Source: Terriglobia bacterium (lineage in GTDB: Bacteria; Acidobacteriota; Terriglobia; 20CM-2-55-15). From it: 64,000 nt of DNA. The stretch lies in contig CBDAOY010000006.1 of the NCBI GenBank assembly GCA_965198225.1, positions 32,001 to 96,000 on the forward strand, read 5' to 3'. Below, piece by piece: positions 30,334-40,481 of the stretch. A program made the translations under genes and the position numbers. Under the pieces are notes generated by a model. The model was not told where the DNA came from. It made no database searches and saw only the letters and a list, made by a program, of their open reading frames with translations. Position 1 is the first letter of the stretch. The number at the start of each line of letters is the position of its first letter.

Positions 30334-32637
30334 TCAAGAAGCCTTGATCTCCAGCTTCAACCGGTCTACCAGATCGGCGTAGCGCTGATCGGTTCGCACG
30401 ACTTCTTTCAGATGCGGGACTGTCGTCAGCTGGCACAGGACACAGGAGCGTTCGTTGTAGGCGTTCTCGAGGTACTTGAAAGCCGTGTCCCGCTCGCCGA
30501 GTCCCAGGTAAATCAGCGAGATCAGGAACGGGTCGACGAATTCCTCCTTCGAGCGCTCCAGCAGCGAGGCGAGCACCTCCCTGGCCTCGTTCTTGCGGTT
30601 CGCCAGGCAGTAGGTGACGCCGAGCACTGCCCGAAAGAAGCGGCCACCTTCCGACACCTCGACCGCTTTCTTCAAGGCAGCGATCGCTTCCTCATGCAGT
30701 CCCTTCTCCGAAGAGCTGCAGCCCCGAATCCACAACGCCATCAGGCAGTCGGGTTCGATTTCGAGGACCCGTTCGCAGTCCCTCAAGGCCCGGTCATAGT
30801 TGCCCATGTAGTAGTAGGCGATCGCTGAAAGCGAATTGACCATCACCGATAGCGGATCCTGCTGCAAGGCCAGTTCCACTTGGCTTCGCGCTTCTTCGAA
30901 CCGATTCAAGTAGACGAGCAGTATCGAGTAGTAGCCTCGGGCGAGGGCGTACCCCCGATCCAGCTCGATGGTCCGCTGGAACTCGCGCTCGGCCCCGGCC
31001 CAGTCCCAGTCGAAGTACTGCTTGATCAACGCTTGCGACGTGCGGGCTTCGACCAGCTCGGCGTCTACGGCCAACGCCTTCATGACCGCTGTTTCTGCCT
31101 TGGCACGTGCCACCCTGGGCGGCAGGTGCGAATAGATTCCGAGCACGGTATAAGAGTCTGCGAGGCCTGTCTGTGCCAGCGCAAAAACAGGGTCCAGTTC
31201 GGCGGCCTGTTCAAAATACCGGATCGCCCTCTTGAGGAGCCCTCGGCTTCGCCTGTTCCAGAAGTAGCGCCCTTTGAGGTAGGCGTTGTAAGCATCAGGG
31301 TTGTCGGTGTACCGCCGGACGATCGGTGCGTCGGACGCGTCGCGGAGAGTCACCTGGAGCTTGTCGACGATCGCCTGCGTGATCTCGTCGTAGATGACGA
31401 AAACGTCTTCCATTTCGCGTTCGTACTTGTGAGCCCACAGGTGGTACCCGTCGGCAACGTCGACGAGCTGAACGGTTACCCGCAGGCGGTTACCGGCCTT
31501 CCGGACGCTCCCTTCGAGGACGCTTTCCACGCCCAACTGGCGGCCGATCTCGCGAATGTCGACGCCCTTGCCCTTGAACGTGAAAGCGGACGTACGCGAA
31601 GCGACGGACAGGCCATCCACCCTTGCGAGGGCATTGATCATCTCTTCGGCAAGCCCGTCGCAGAAGTACTCCTGATCCCTGTTGGGGCTCATATCGGTGA
31701 AGGCAAGCACGGCAACCGAACGTTGCGACCCTCCTGTTCCGGCAGCGGACCGAAAAGAGGAGCGACTGTATTCAGTCTGACTGCGGGCTCGTTCGAGGGC
31801 CGACCTCGCGTCGGCTGCCGTCTGAGGGCGCAAGGCCGGTGACTTTTCGAGAAGCTCACTGATAACCCGGTCGAGTTGGGGTCCGATGCGAGGGTTCAGC
31901 TGAATCCCAGGCGTGGGTTTCTTATGGATGATCGCTTCGCAAATGGCCGCCGCGTTGGCTCCCCCGAACGCGGGGCGGTCGGTCGTCATCTCGTAGAGGA
32001 CCACGCCGAGGGCGAAGAGATCGGCCCGGGCGTCGAGCGCTCGACCCAGCGCCTGTTCCGGCGCCATGTAGGCGATGGTGCCAATAGCCGCACCCGCTTC
32101 GGTGAGATCGGTCGGAGTTCCTCCGACTTCCGTGCCATCCGCGATCTCCAGCTGGGTCTCGTCCTTCTGAACCCACTTGGCCAGCCCGAAGTCGAGAATT
32201 TTCGCCTGCTCTCGGTCCGTGATGAAGATGTTGGCAGGCTTGATATCTCGATGGACGATCCCTTCCGCGTGCGCGGCGTCGAGCGCGTCGGCGAGTTGAA
32301 TCCCCAGTTCCATAGTCTGATCGGGCGTCAGAGGACCACGGAGCAGCCTTTGTTTGAGCGTCCGGCCCTTCATCAGCTCCATCACGATGAACGGCCGGCC
32401 GTCGTGGTCATCGATCTCGTGGATGGAACAGATGTTGGGGTGATTCAGCGCCGCCGCGGCACGGGCCTCGCGTTTGAACCGTTCCACTGCCTGTCTATCG
32501 GTCGCGATGCTCTCGGGAAGAAACTTTACGGCCACATAGCGCCGGAGCGACGTGTCCTCGGCCCGGTAGACTACACCCATACCCCCGACGCCGATCTCTT
32601 CGAGGATTCTGTAGTGAGATATGGTCTGACCGATCAT
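30334..32637 (-). CDS. Ser/Thr kinase with TolB-N-like (SVAVLAF...) domain and TPR repeats
   Basis: [20 protein letters not shown]; [16 protein letters not shown]; [12 protein letters not shown]; TPR helices; no clear TM. Confidence 0.92.
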   Translation of the reverse strand: MIGQTISHYRILEEIGVGGMGVVYRAEDTSLRRYVAVKFLPESIATDRQAVERFKREARAAAALNHPNICSIHEIDDHDGRPFIVMELMKGRTLKQRLLRGPLTPDQTMELGIQLADALDAAHAEGIVHRDIKPANIFITDREQAKILDFGLAKWVQKDETQLEIADGTEVGGTPTDLTEAGAAIGTIAYMAPEQALGRALDARADLFALGVVLYEMTTDRPAFGGANAAAICEAIIHKKPTPGIQLNPRIGPQLDRVISELLEKSPALRPQTAADARSALERARSQTEYSRSSFRSAAGTGGSQRSVAVLAFTDMSPNRDQEYFCDGLAEEMINALARVDGLSVASRTSAFTFKGKGVDIREIGRQLGVESVLEGSVRKAGNRLRVTVQLVDVADGYHLWAHKYEREMEDVFVIYDEITQAIVDKLQVTLRDASDAPIVRRYTDNPDAYNAYLKGRYFWNRRSRGLLKRAIRYFEQAAELDPVFALAQTGLADSYTVLGIYSHLPPRVARAKAETAVMKALAVDAELVEARTSQALIKQYFDWDWAGAEREFQRTIELDRGYALARGYYSILLVYLNRFEEARSQVELALQQDPLSVMVNSLSAIAYYYMGNYDRALRDCERVLEIEPDCLMALWIRGCSSSEKGLHEEAIAALKKAVEVSEGGRFFRAVLGVTYCLANRKNEAREVLASLLERSKEEFVDPFLISLIYLGLGERDTAFKYLENAYNERSCVLCQLTTVPHLKEVVRTDQRYADLVDRLKLEIKAS

Positions 32638-32861
32638 TCGCCGTGGCGCTCCTGATGAGGGTTGCCGCTCCAGAAAGCTTACCGCTGCAAACTGGCACCC
32701 ACGCACTATCTGCTGTCGATCACAAACCGGGTGTGATTTCGAGGGTTGTCGTCCTTCCAGAAATGTTATGCCTCCCGTGGAAAGGAAGTCAACGGAGGCG
32801 ACGGCTGGACCGACCTTGATTCAGCCTTACAGGGGCACGAAGTGGGGAGCTGAGTAACGTC

Positions 32862-33131
32862 CTATTTGTAATGGGTCCACATACGCAGCACCTTCACAGT
32901 GTGCTGTTCTTCCAGAACCTGATACACCAGCCGATGGTGGATGTTGATGCGACGGGAATAAGAGCCGGAAAGGTCGCCCAAGAGTTTTTCGTAACGTGGC
33001 GGCGTCCTGAAGGGGTCCTGGCGGAGGATGTCGATCGGTTCGTCGGCTCTTGGACGCAGATTTGATTTGGCGAGCTCTCTCGCATCCTTCTGGGCTTGCT
33101 TCGTGAAGACGACCCGCCAGGGTCGACTCAC
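32862..33131 (-). CDS. yoeB: Txe/YoeB family toxin
   Basis: PPRYEKLLGDLSGSYSRRINIHHRLVY...MWTHY; GTGA overlap with the antitoxin. Confidence 0.93.
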   Translation of the reverse strand: MSRPWRVVFTKQAQKDARELAKSNLRPRADEPIDILRQDPFRTPPRYEKLLGDLSGSYSRRINIHHRLVYQVLEEQHTVKVLRMWTHYK

Positions 33132-33370
33132 CACCCGGGCTCGTCAGAGGTTTTCTCGACCGGCGTCTCCATGCCTTCCCGGATGGACTTGCGCATTCCC
33201 GGCACGGATAGCAAGTACAGAGTCTCCTGCACCGCATTCCAGTCTTCTTCGGATACCAGGACAACGTTGTTGCGTTTGCCCGTGATCTGGACAGGCTCGT
33301 GAGACGCCGCTGCCTCATCGAGTAGCCGATACAGGTTGGACCTGGCTTCGCTGGCGGTTAGAGTCTTCAT
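33128..33370 (-). CDS. yefM: Phd/YefM family antitoxin
   Basis: TASEARSNLYRLLD...ITGKR...QETLYLLSVPGM. Confidence 0.93.
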   Translation of the reverse strand: MKTLTASEARSNLYRLLDEAAASHEPVQITGKRNNVVLVSEEDWNAVQETLYLLSVPGMRKSIREGMETPVEKTSDEPGW

Positions 33371-33378
33371 GTTTATAT

Positions 33379-33396
33379 CGTACGTTATTACGTACG
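33379..33396. promoter_or_regulatory. Putative yefM-yoeB operator
   Basis: Two CGTACG palindromes 12 bp apart just upstream of the ATG, the geometry of known YefM operators. Confidence 0.6.
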
Positions 33397-33466
33397 TATC
33401 GTGCAATCCCGGCTTCGGGCCATGAGCATCCGAAACCGCAAAAACTCGAGGTCATGTCCGCATTGG

Positions 33467-33877
33467 TCAAGGCCTGCGGCTACGCGGCGATCGTTTCATG
33501 TTTGAGCGTACCCAATCCGCGAGGCTGTCCTCTGTCAATCGTCCTGCGGCGAGGGCGACGATGTTCGACACGACATCACTTTCCGGTGCTTCGAATTCGT
33601 AGCCATTCACACCCAGGAAGACAACCATAGCCAGGAATCCGACCCGTTTGTTTCCGTCTTCAAAAGGATGGTTTTTGACTATCCCGAACCCGTACGCCGC
33701 TGTGATTGTGGCCAGGTCTGGCTTGTGGGCATAGGACCACTTGCTTCGTGGTCGCGCCAGAGCCGATTCCAGCAGATCCAAGTCGCGAAGTCCCCGGCGG
33801 CCTCCGTGTTCGCGGACCACGTCAAAATGGATCACTTCGACGATCAGCCGGCTGAGCCAAAGAGGCTCTCGTTTCAT
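33467..33877 (-). CDS. doc: Fic/Doc family toxin
   Basis: LLESALARP, HPFEDGNKR. Confidence 0.92.
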   Translation of the reverse strand: MKREPLWLSRLIVEVIHFDVVREHGGRRGLRDLDLLESALARPRSKWSYAHKPDLATITAAYGFGIVKNHPFEDGNKRVGFLAMVVFLGVNGYEFEAPESDVVSNIVALAAGRLTEDSLADWVRSNMKRSPRSRRP

Positions 33878-33886
33878 GTGGTTTTG

Positions 33887-34114
33887 TTATTTCGCGAGTT
33901 CCCGCAGGGCATTGCGGTATCGCTTCGCGGCCTTTGCAGCCAATGACAGGGCCTTCTCGGTTGTCGGATCGTAGGGCGAAAGCAGGATCCCCTCCTCGGT
34001 CTCGATGGCAAGAAGCCGATCTCCCGGTTCTAGATGGAATCGATCCGCCATGTCTTTGGGCAGAGTCGCTCCCACCGAACCCCCGACGCGTCGAACCGTG
34101 ATTTCCTTTGGCAT
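33887..34114 (-). CDS. AbrB/MazE-family antitoxin
   Basis: VRRVGGSVGATLPKD...RYRNALRELAK, upstream of doc. Confidence 0.88.
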   Translation of the reverse strand: MPKEITVRRVGGSVGATLPKDMADRFHLEPGDRLLAIETEEGILLSPYDPTTEKALSLAAKAAKRYRNALRELAK

Positions 34115-34234
34115 AAGGCTCTGTTCAGTATAACAAAAGTGCTACCAAGGAAAGGCGACTCGTACCAACGAGCGGCTACCGACTGTTCCAAGAGGCGTCT
34201 GTCCCCGAACAGTCGTGTGGTGCCTGACGTCGTC

Positions 34235-34500
34235 ATGCAGGCAGACACTTCTTCCGAAGCAAGCGCCCGACAGGCCGCAATCCAGCGTCAGCTTGGCGGG
34301 CCCAAGCGCCTACTCCTTGCTTTAGGACATCGATATCGTAATTGCGCCCAGCTCGGAGGCCCTTGCGCAGCTACTGACTGCGTTTCCCGATGACCAGTAC
34401 TATGTAAGCCGCGAAGCCGCTTTTGACGCTCTGGAACGGCGGACCCAGTTCAACGTCATCGATTCGCTACTGGTTGGAAGATCGATTTCATCATCAGGGC
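34235..34500 (+). pseudogene. Deleted remnant of a small protein plus nucleotidyltransferase-like gene pair
   Basis: MQADTSSEA...KRLLLAL abuts a start-less DIDIVI...YYVSREAAFDALERRTQFNVID (from 34326), then frameshifted TGWKIDFII. Confidence 0.55.
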
Positions 34501-34540
34501 AGGCGAGTGAGCTGTCTCATCCCTGTGCTAGACTCCCCCC

Positions 34541-34900
34541 ATGTCCGGAGAAGAGTACCCCGAGATCATCGAGAAGTGTCATTACTGTGGCGTCGAGTTG
34601 GAGTCGAATGAGCTGACGCGACATCTGCGGAATGAGACGCAGATTCTGGCGGAATTGCCGGCATTGCTCGGAACGGCGATGGGGACGGGATCGATCGATC
34701 TGCACGCGGGGAAGCTCTATTCGACGGCTGTGAAGTCAGGGCCGTGTCTGGATGAGGTCCAGACCGAGCTGATCACGAAGGATCACGCTCGCACGCTCCT
34801 GTTGACCGAAATCAACTTCCATCAAATGACGCTGGATGGGTTGAAAGCGAAGCAGGAAGAGGTGCTGGCGAAGATTGAGGGAATCGAGGCGCCGGTGTAG
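34541..34900 (+). CDS. Hypothetical protein, possible CxxC/His Zn finger and coiled-coil tail
   Basis: 119 aa; CHYC...LTRH; stop codon supplied by the REP GTAG. Confidence 0.5.
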   Translation: MSGEEYPEIIEKCHYCGVELESNELTRHLRNETQILAELPALLGTAMGTGSIDLHAGKLYSTAVKSGPCLDEVQTELITKDHARTLLLTEINFHQMTLDGLKAKQEEVLAKIEGIEAPV

Positions 34901-35059
34901 GTGCGGTCTATGACCGCGCAGTTGGTCGAACCGAAACGATGTGAAGGAGGTGTAGGTGCGGTCTATGACCGCACATTCTTCGATCCGAAACAACGTGCGC
35001 TCATGGAGCGCCCCTACACCTCTATCGAAACAACGTTCGCTCATAGAGCGCACCTGCAC
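34895..35059. repeat. REP cluster: single arm (34895), REPIN (34950-35019), degenerate arm (~35035-35059)
   Basis: Arm sequences read directly. Confidence 0.85.
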
Positions 35060-35984
35060 GGCATTTCGACCCCTGCACAACCCGCCGCTCGTCCATCCGC
35101 TTTCGTATTCCGGCAATCACTTCGTTCCGATTCAAACCCCAGTTAGGAGCCACCAGCAGTCCAAGTGGCGCTTCACCGAATAGTCGTTCGATGACGATCT
35201 TCGGATCGAGCCTCTCGATGAAATCGCACACTACCTCCAGATACTCCTCGAACGTCATCAGCTGAAACGGAGTTTCCTCGTGTTCGCGTGCCAGCGCGGT
35301 CCCCTTCACCAAGTGCAGGTGGTGGATCTTCAGCATGTCGATGCCGACGCGCGACATCTCGTCCGCCATCGACAGCCACTGGTCGCGCGTTTCCCATGGG
35401 AAACCAAGGATGATATGCGCCCCGAGGTGGAACGCGTGTCCTCTCGACAGTTCCATGGCCCGAAGGAACGCCCCGTAATCGTGCCCGCGGTTGACTCGCC
35501 GGAGCGTTTCGTCGTAGATCGATTCCACACCGAACTCGAGCGACACGCAGGTGTCACGCGCGATCTCATCGATCATCGCGACTTTCTCTTCATCGATGCA
35601 GTCGGGCCGGGTGCCGATCGCAAGGCCGACCACATCGGGGTGCTCCAGAGCTTCGATGTACAGGCCTCGGAGGTGTTCGGTCTCGGCGTAGGTGTTCGTG
35701 AAGGGCTGGAAGTAGACGATGAACTTTTCCGCTTCGACGCGCTGGCGCAGGTAGCGGATGCCGTTTTCGACCTGATCGGGAATCGGCGCGGTCTTGATGG
35801 CGAGAGGCGGACGGAACGAGTTGTTGTTGCAGTAGGAGCAACCACCGACCGCAACAGTGCCGTCGCGGTTCGGGCAGGTGAAGCCGGCGTCGACGATTAC
35901 TTTGTGGACGCGTTCGCCGAAGATTCCCCTGAGCCAGGAGTTGTAGGTCCGGTAGCGATTCTTCAATTGCGCCAGCGCCGCCAT
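35022..35984 (-). CDS. TIGR01212/YhcC-family radical SAM protein
   Basis: DAGFTCPNRDG...GGCSYC, YFQPFTNTY, IGTRPDC. Confidence 0.92.
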   Translation of the reverse strand: MAALAQLKNRYRTYNSWLRGIFGERVHKVIVDAGFTCPNRDGTVAVGGCSYCNNNSFRPPLAIKTAPIPDQVENGIRYLRQRVEAEKFIVYFQPFTNTYAETEHLRGLYIEALEHPDVVGLAIGTRPDCIDEEKVAMIDEIARDTCVSLEFGVESIYDETLRRVNRGHDYGAFLRAMELSRGHAFHLGAHIILGFPWETRDQWLSMADEMSRVGIDMLKIHHLHLVKGTALAREHEETPFQLMTFEEYLEVVCDFIERLDPKIVIERLFGEAPLGLLVAPNWGLNRNEVIAGIRKRMDERRVVQGSKCRAGALYERTLFR

Positions 35985-36751
35985 TCCTCGTCGTCCGGAT
36001 CATCGGGTTTGCGTTGCTGCTGACGCTTATTGTAATAGACCTCGAATTTGCGTCGCAGCCGCTCGCGCTGCCACTGGTCGTAGTACCGACGGAAGCTTCT
36101 GAGGCTGAAACCTCTCGTGTGCCTGCCGCCCTTCATGTAGAGGTAGGCGAAGATCATACCGCCCAGGTGCGCGACATGGGCAACGCCTCCGCCGCCTCCT
36201 CCGGACAACGAAGCCATGAATGCCATTCCCCCGATGAACATGACGTAGTACTTCACCTTGACCGGAATCATGAACGGGATCAGAAGAATCGTTCGATTCG
36301 GCCAGAGCAAGCCGTAAGCGAGCAGAATTCCGTATATCGATCCGGAGGCGCCGATGGTGGGGATAGTGGAACCCGGGCTCGCGATCACGCTGGAAATACC
36401 CGCGCCGACGCCGCAGATGAAGAAGAATTTCGTGAACTCCCGTGTGCCCCAGGTCCGCTCGAGCTCGCTTCCGAACATCCACAGCGCGAACATGTTGAAC
36501 AGGATGTGGAAGAAGCCGCCGTGGAGGAAGATGTAGGTGACCAGCTGCCAGACGGCGAGGCTACCGGTCACCGCGGCGGGTGTGAGACCGAAGCTCATCC
36601 ACAAAGCCCGCGTGAACCCGCCACCGCCCAGCATCGAAAGCAGATGAACGCCGCCCGAGATGATCATGATCATCTTGATGGCTTTGGGTAATCCACCTCC
36701 GCCGATGTGGGTGTAGGAGGGTCGACCTCCGCCCGCGTAGTGTCGCGACAA
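35963..36751 (-). CDS. Rhomboid intramembrane serine protease
   Basis: HILFNM, GASG, AHLGG. Confidence 0.92.
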   Translation of the reverse strand: MSRHYAGGGRPSYTHIGGGGLPKAIKMIMIISGGVHLLSMLGGGGFTRALWMSFGLTPAAVTGSLAVWQLVTYIFLHGGFFHILFNMFALWMFGSELERTWGTREFTKFFFICGVGAGISSVIASPGSTIPTIGASGSIYGILLAYGLLWPNRTILLIPFMIPVKVKYYVMFIGGMAFMASLSGGGGGGVAHVAHLGGMIFAYLYMKGGRHTRGFSLRSFRRYYDQWQRERLRRKFEVYYNKRQQQRKPDDPDDEEWRRWRN

Positions 36752-36752
36752 C

Positions 36753-36917
36753 CTAACCGTCCTCAGGGCGAATGAGCCGCCCGGCGTAGAAAATTCCGAT
36801 CCCGACGAACGCCATGCGCATCATTGGGCCCATGTCTCCGAAGTAGAGCAGGAGCGCCTCTATCGTGATGATGAGGCCGACTAATTGGAGACCGATTGCT
36901 GCGTAATAGCGTATCAT
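36753..36917 (-). CDS. Small two-helix membrane protein (54 aa, below the ORF-track cutoff)
   Basis: MIRYYAAIGLQLVGLIITIEALLLYFGDMGPMMRMAFVGIGIFYAGRLIRPEDG; stop 1 nt before the rhomboid start. Confidence 0.65.
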   Translation of the reverse strand: MIRYYAAIGLQLVGLIITIEALLLYFGDMGPMMRMAFVGIGIFYAGRLIRPEDG

Positions 36918-37031
36918 TTCCAATCGGATCGAGGCCCTCAGTGGAGGTTCGAACTTCTGTGGGGGCTGACTGCTGATTCTAGCATAGCGTTCTTTTGCCT
37001 ATAGTTACGGCGTCTTCCGATACCCGGCTCT

Positions 37032-37619
37032 TTGATGAATCCCTGGGTCCTCGTCAGCTTTAAGTTCCTGCTCAGCTTCCTTATCGGAGCGATCCCGTTC
37101 GCGGTCATCGCCGTGTGGGGCACCGGCATCGATATCACGAAAGCCGGTTCGGGAAACCCCGGGTTCAACAACGTGCTCCGCGTCTCGTCCCGCTGGAGAG
37201 CGGCTATCGCACTCGTCGGTGATCTTACGAAGGGCGCGCTGGCGGTGTTCCTTCTTTCAAGCGGAGCGGACTCGGATTGGGTTCTCTGGACGCTCGGTCT
37301 TGCTGCGGTTGCGGGCCACTGCTGGACGCCGTTCCTCAGATTCAACGGTGGCAAGGGCGTGGCCACGATGGTCGGCGCTCTCCTGTACCTGGAATTCGTG
37401 ATCACCCTCGTCTGTCTGCCGCTCTACCCGACCCTCCGCGCCTTCGGCCGCAAGATGGGTTGGGCGCAGGAGGGTGCCATCTCCTCGATGGCGACGATGA
37501 CGGTAATATCGGTTGCGATAATCGTCCTCCGTGGACCCGAAGACGGCGTCTTCGCCTTGGTCGCTCTGGGCATCGTCGTCCTCCGCCACGCCTCCAACAT
37601 CAAAGCCCTCTTCTCCTGA
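37032..37619 (+). CDS. plsY: Glycerol-3-phosphate acyltransferase PlsY
   Basis: GSGNPGFNNVLR, GH...FNGGKGVAT, RHASNI. Confidence 0.9.
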   Translation: MMNPWVLVSFKFLLSFLIGAIPFAVIAVWGTGIDITKAGSGNPGFNNVLRVSSRWRAAIALVGDLTKGALAVFLLSSGADSDWVLWTLGLAAVAGHCWTPFLRFNGGKGVATMVGALLYLEFVITLVCLPLYPTLRAFGRKMGWAQEGAISSMATMTVISVAIIVLRGPEDGVFALVALGIVVLRHASNIKALFS

Positions 37620-37645
37620 ACAATCGCGCCAGCGGGAGGACGGAA

Positions 37646-37727
37646 TAACCACGGAGACACGGAGGCGCGGAGGGAATTGTCTCTTCATACCCCCAGCAGC
37701 CTCCGTGCCTCTGTGCCTCCGTGGTTA
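37646..37727. repeat. Second palindromic repeat family (AACCACGGAGRCAC...), between convergent genes
   Basis: TAACCACGGAGACACGGAGG / CCTCTGTGCCTCCGTGGTTA inverted arms. Confidence 0.8.
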
Positions 37728-37748
37728 ATCCTCAGCCTTCGATGTTGT

Positions 37749-38681
37749 TCACGGGACGATCATGCGGAGGGCGCGGGGGAGGATGGTGATTTCCAGGGGG
37801 AGGTGGCCAAGGGGTTCGCCGTCGATTTCGATCGAGGATGGTTCGGCGGAGGTGGCGACGAGGCGCTTCGTTCGTCTGAAGTGCACTTTCGGGTGACCGT
37901 AGACGGTGCCGTCGTAGAGCATCCTGAAGCTGCGGGCGATCTCCCACGGGGACATCTTTTCGATGATCGTCACATCCAGAAGGCCGTCGTCAATAACGGC
38001 CCTGGGACAAATCATCATCCCCGCACCGTGGTACGGGCCGTTACCAACGGCCACGTTCGTGATGAGAACGTCCTTCAATTCGTCTTTGTCAAGCTCGATA
38101 GAAACCCTGTTCCCGCGGAATCCGAGCGTGGTGAGGACAGTCGCGACCAGGAAAGTCACCCTGCCGCCCAACGGCTTGGACGACTGGTTGGCACGAGCTG
38201 CCACGGCACCGCCCATCCCGAAGCTTGTCAGGTTCACGGAAAAGCGCGTCGTGTCTGCACCGTCGGGCTGACGATAGATCACTTTCATCACATCGAGGCT
38301 GGTGGCGGTACCACGCCTCAGCGTCTCTATAGCAGCTTTCTCGTCGAGCGGGACGCGAAGAGCCCGCCTGAGGTCGGAACCGGTCCCCTGGGGAATCAGG
38401 CCGAGCGTGATACCGGACGCCGTGGATTCGTCCTTGAGGAGAATGCCGTTGACGACCTCGTTGACAGTCCCGTCTCCACCCACCGCGATCAGCGTCCGGT
38501 GACCAGAATCGACCGCAGCGGCAGCGAGTTGGATGGCGTGCCCGGGCTCCTTTGTTTCGTAGACCGTCACCGGGCCACACACGTCTTCGAGCTGTCCGCG
38601 GATGCGTCGCCAGGACGCGCCGGTCCTGCCTCCCGCCGAGTTGGGATTGACGATCGCCGCAGCCGATGTCGAAGCGGTCAT
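37749..38681 (-). CDS. Diacylglycerol/lipid kinase (YegS/DgkB family)
   Basis: NPNSAG, GGDGTVNEV, GTGSDL, IDGE. Confidence 0.92.
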   Translation of the reverse strand: MTASTSAAAIVNPNSAGGRTGASWRRIRGQLEDVCGPVTVYETKEPGHAIQLAAAAVDSGHRTLIAVGGDGTVNEVVNGILLKDESTASGITLGLIPQGTGSDLRRALRVPLDEKAAIETLRRGTATSLDVMKVIYRQPDGADTTRFSVNLTSFGMGGAVAARANQSSKPLGGRVTFLVATVLTTLGFRGNRVSIELDKDELKDVLITNVAVGNGPYHGAGMMICPRAVIDDGLLDVTIIEKMSPWEIARSFRMLYDGTVYGHPKVHFRRTKRLVATSAEPSSIEIDGEPLGHLPLEITILPRALRMIVP

Positions 38682-38759
38682 AGCTTCGGACTGGCTATGA
38701 GGCGGCCGAAGCCTGCTTCTCGTGACGCTCGAGGAAGCCGACCGTGTCGCGGATAGTCT

Positions 38760-40364
38760 TCATGAGACGGTTGCGCGGGGTGGGGCGGACGCGGCGGGGC
38801 GGGTCTGCTTGGCGAACATCGGGCGGATCCATTTCTCGATCCCTTTGGTGTGGATGTTCACCCAGTAATCGGCCCAGTCGATCTGCTCGGGTGCCCAGCT
38901 GAGCCGCTCGCGGTCCTCGGGCGTCAGCATGTTCCAGGCGCGTCGGATGTGACCGGTGTCGAAGATGAAGCTGTTGTGGATCATGAACGGCAGGAACATG
39001 TCGAGAGTCTGTTGCTGCTGGCGGATTTGCCGTCGTGTAACCCGCAGGCTCTTGAGGTAGGGTTCCATCTTCTTTTTTCCGAGCGCGACCTTCAGGAAAT
39101 TGAATGTGGCCTGCAGCATGTCCAGACCCCAGCGGAGGCGCCGGCGATTCGATTCCAGCTGCTCGACGCTGACGACCTCGGTTTCGACGTAGGTCTTCCA
39201 GAGCCTGGCCAATTTGTTTCCGTCTCTCTTGTGCTTGTGCTTGTAGCGCGCGTTCATCCCCAGAAAAGCGACTAGACGCGGGAGCATGACAGGGTTGTCG
39301 GCCGCCGTCGCAAGGTGGTACACCTTCTCGCCGCGGTCGGCGAGCATCGCGGCGGTCGCGATGAGGATCCCATTGGCAACGAGATCCACGGGGATGATCT
39401 CGAGCGGTCCGTCCTTCCTGACAGGCCAGCTCTTGACGCCCTCACCGCCCATCAGGACCAGGGGTGCCGAGGTGGTCATGCCCTCGTTCCAGCCCGGGAA
39501 AGGAAAACTCAGTGAGGATTCGACGATGGCGGGGCGTACGATGCAGTACTCGAGCCCGGGCGTTTGCGCCATCAACTGTTCGCCCATGCTCTTCGCGTAG
39601 GTGTACGTGTTGGTCCATCCCCACGATTCCGCGCGTTCCATGCCGCCGCTACGCAGCACTTCGCGGTCGTTGGTGCCCTTGATGAACCGCTCGCACCACT
39701 CCATCTCTTCCTCGGCGTCGAAGCTGTCGTCGCTCTCGTCCTTGCGGTTCGGGTAATAACCGGCGATGGCGGTGTCCTCGGGGATTTGTCCGTTGCGCTT
39801 GCCCGCGACGTAGCAGGTGGAAACGTGCACAAGCTTGACGTTGAGCACCTGGACCAGTTCGATCACGTTCCGGATGCCGTAGACGTTCGTGATCAGCGAT
39901 TCGTCGAGCGGGGGGTCGAACTCTACGAGCCCGGCAGTGTTGACGATCAGATCGACGCGATCGGTGAGGCCGGCGAGCTGCTCGGCGGAGATGCCGCACA
40001 TGGGCAGACTCAAGTCGCCTTCGACGATCGTCACCTTCTTGCTGATGGAATCCACACCCACCCGGTTCACGATCGACTGTAGCGGCGGGGACCCGAGCAC
40101 TTCCGAATAGAAGCGTTGCTCGCCGGACAGGTATTTCTTGCGACGTACCTGCACGACGAGATGTTTCAGTTCCGGAAACCGCTCGAGAACGAGGGCCAGC
40201 AGAACCTTCCCTACGAAACCTGTTGCTCCGAGCAGCAGAATCGTTTTGCTGTGAAACTGATCGATCGCCGAGATCTCTCCGGTTCCGCCCGGAGAAGCCT
40301 CCTCGTCGATCTCGCAGTATTCTCCCGCAACAGGGTCGAAGCGCCACGTCGTGAGATGCTTCAT
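38760..40364 (-). CDS. Fatty acyl-CoA reductase (male-sterility SDR plus FAR-C)
   Basis: GATGFVGKV, HVSTCYV, WTNTYTYAKSMGE, RPAIVES...PFPGW, IPVD. Confidence 0.88.
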   Translation of the reverse strand: MKHLTTWRFDPVAGEYCEIDEEASPGGTGEISAIDQFHSKTILLLGATGFVGKVLLALVLERFPELKHLVVQVRRKKYLSGEQRFYSEVLGSPPLQSIVNRVGVDSISKKVTIVEGDLSLPMCGISAEQLAGLTDRVDLIVNTAGLVEFDPPLDESLITNVYGIRNVIELVQVLNVKLVHVSTCYVAGKRNGQIPEDTAIAGYYPNRKDESDDSFDAEEEMEWCERFIKGTNDREVLRSGGMERAESWGWTNTYTYAKSMGEQLMAQTPGLEYCIVRPAIVESSLSFPFPGWNEGMTTSAPLVLMGGEGVKSWPVRKDGPLEIIPVDLVANGILIATAAMLADRGEKVYHLATAADNPVMLPRLVAFLGMNARYKHKHKRDGNKLARLWKTYVETEVVSVEQLESNRRRLRWGLDMLQATFNFLKVALGKKKMEPYLKSLRVTRRQIRQQQQTLDMFLPFMIHNSFIFDTGHIRRAWNMLTPEDRERLSWAPEQIDWADYWVNIHTKGIEKWIRPMFAKQTRPAASAPPRATVS

Positions 40365-40481
40365 GGTGTTTCCATCCCGATCAGTGCAGCCCTGATGGGT
40401 CGTTCTTCGCTCAACGGACGGCCTACCTTGGATTCCGAAGTTTACAACGGATATGGGGCGGAATGCATCTGTAGCGAGCAG

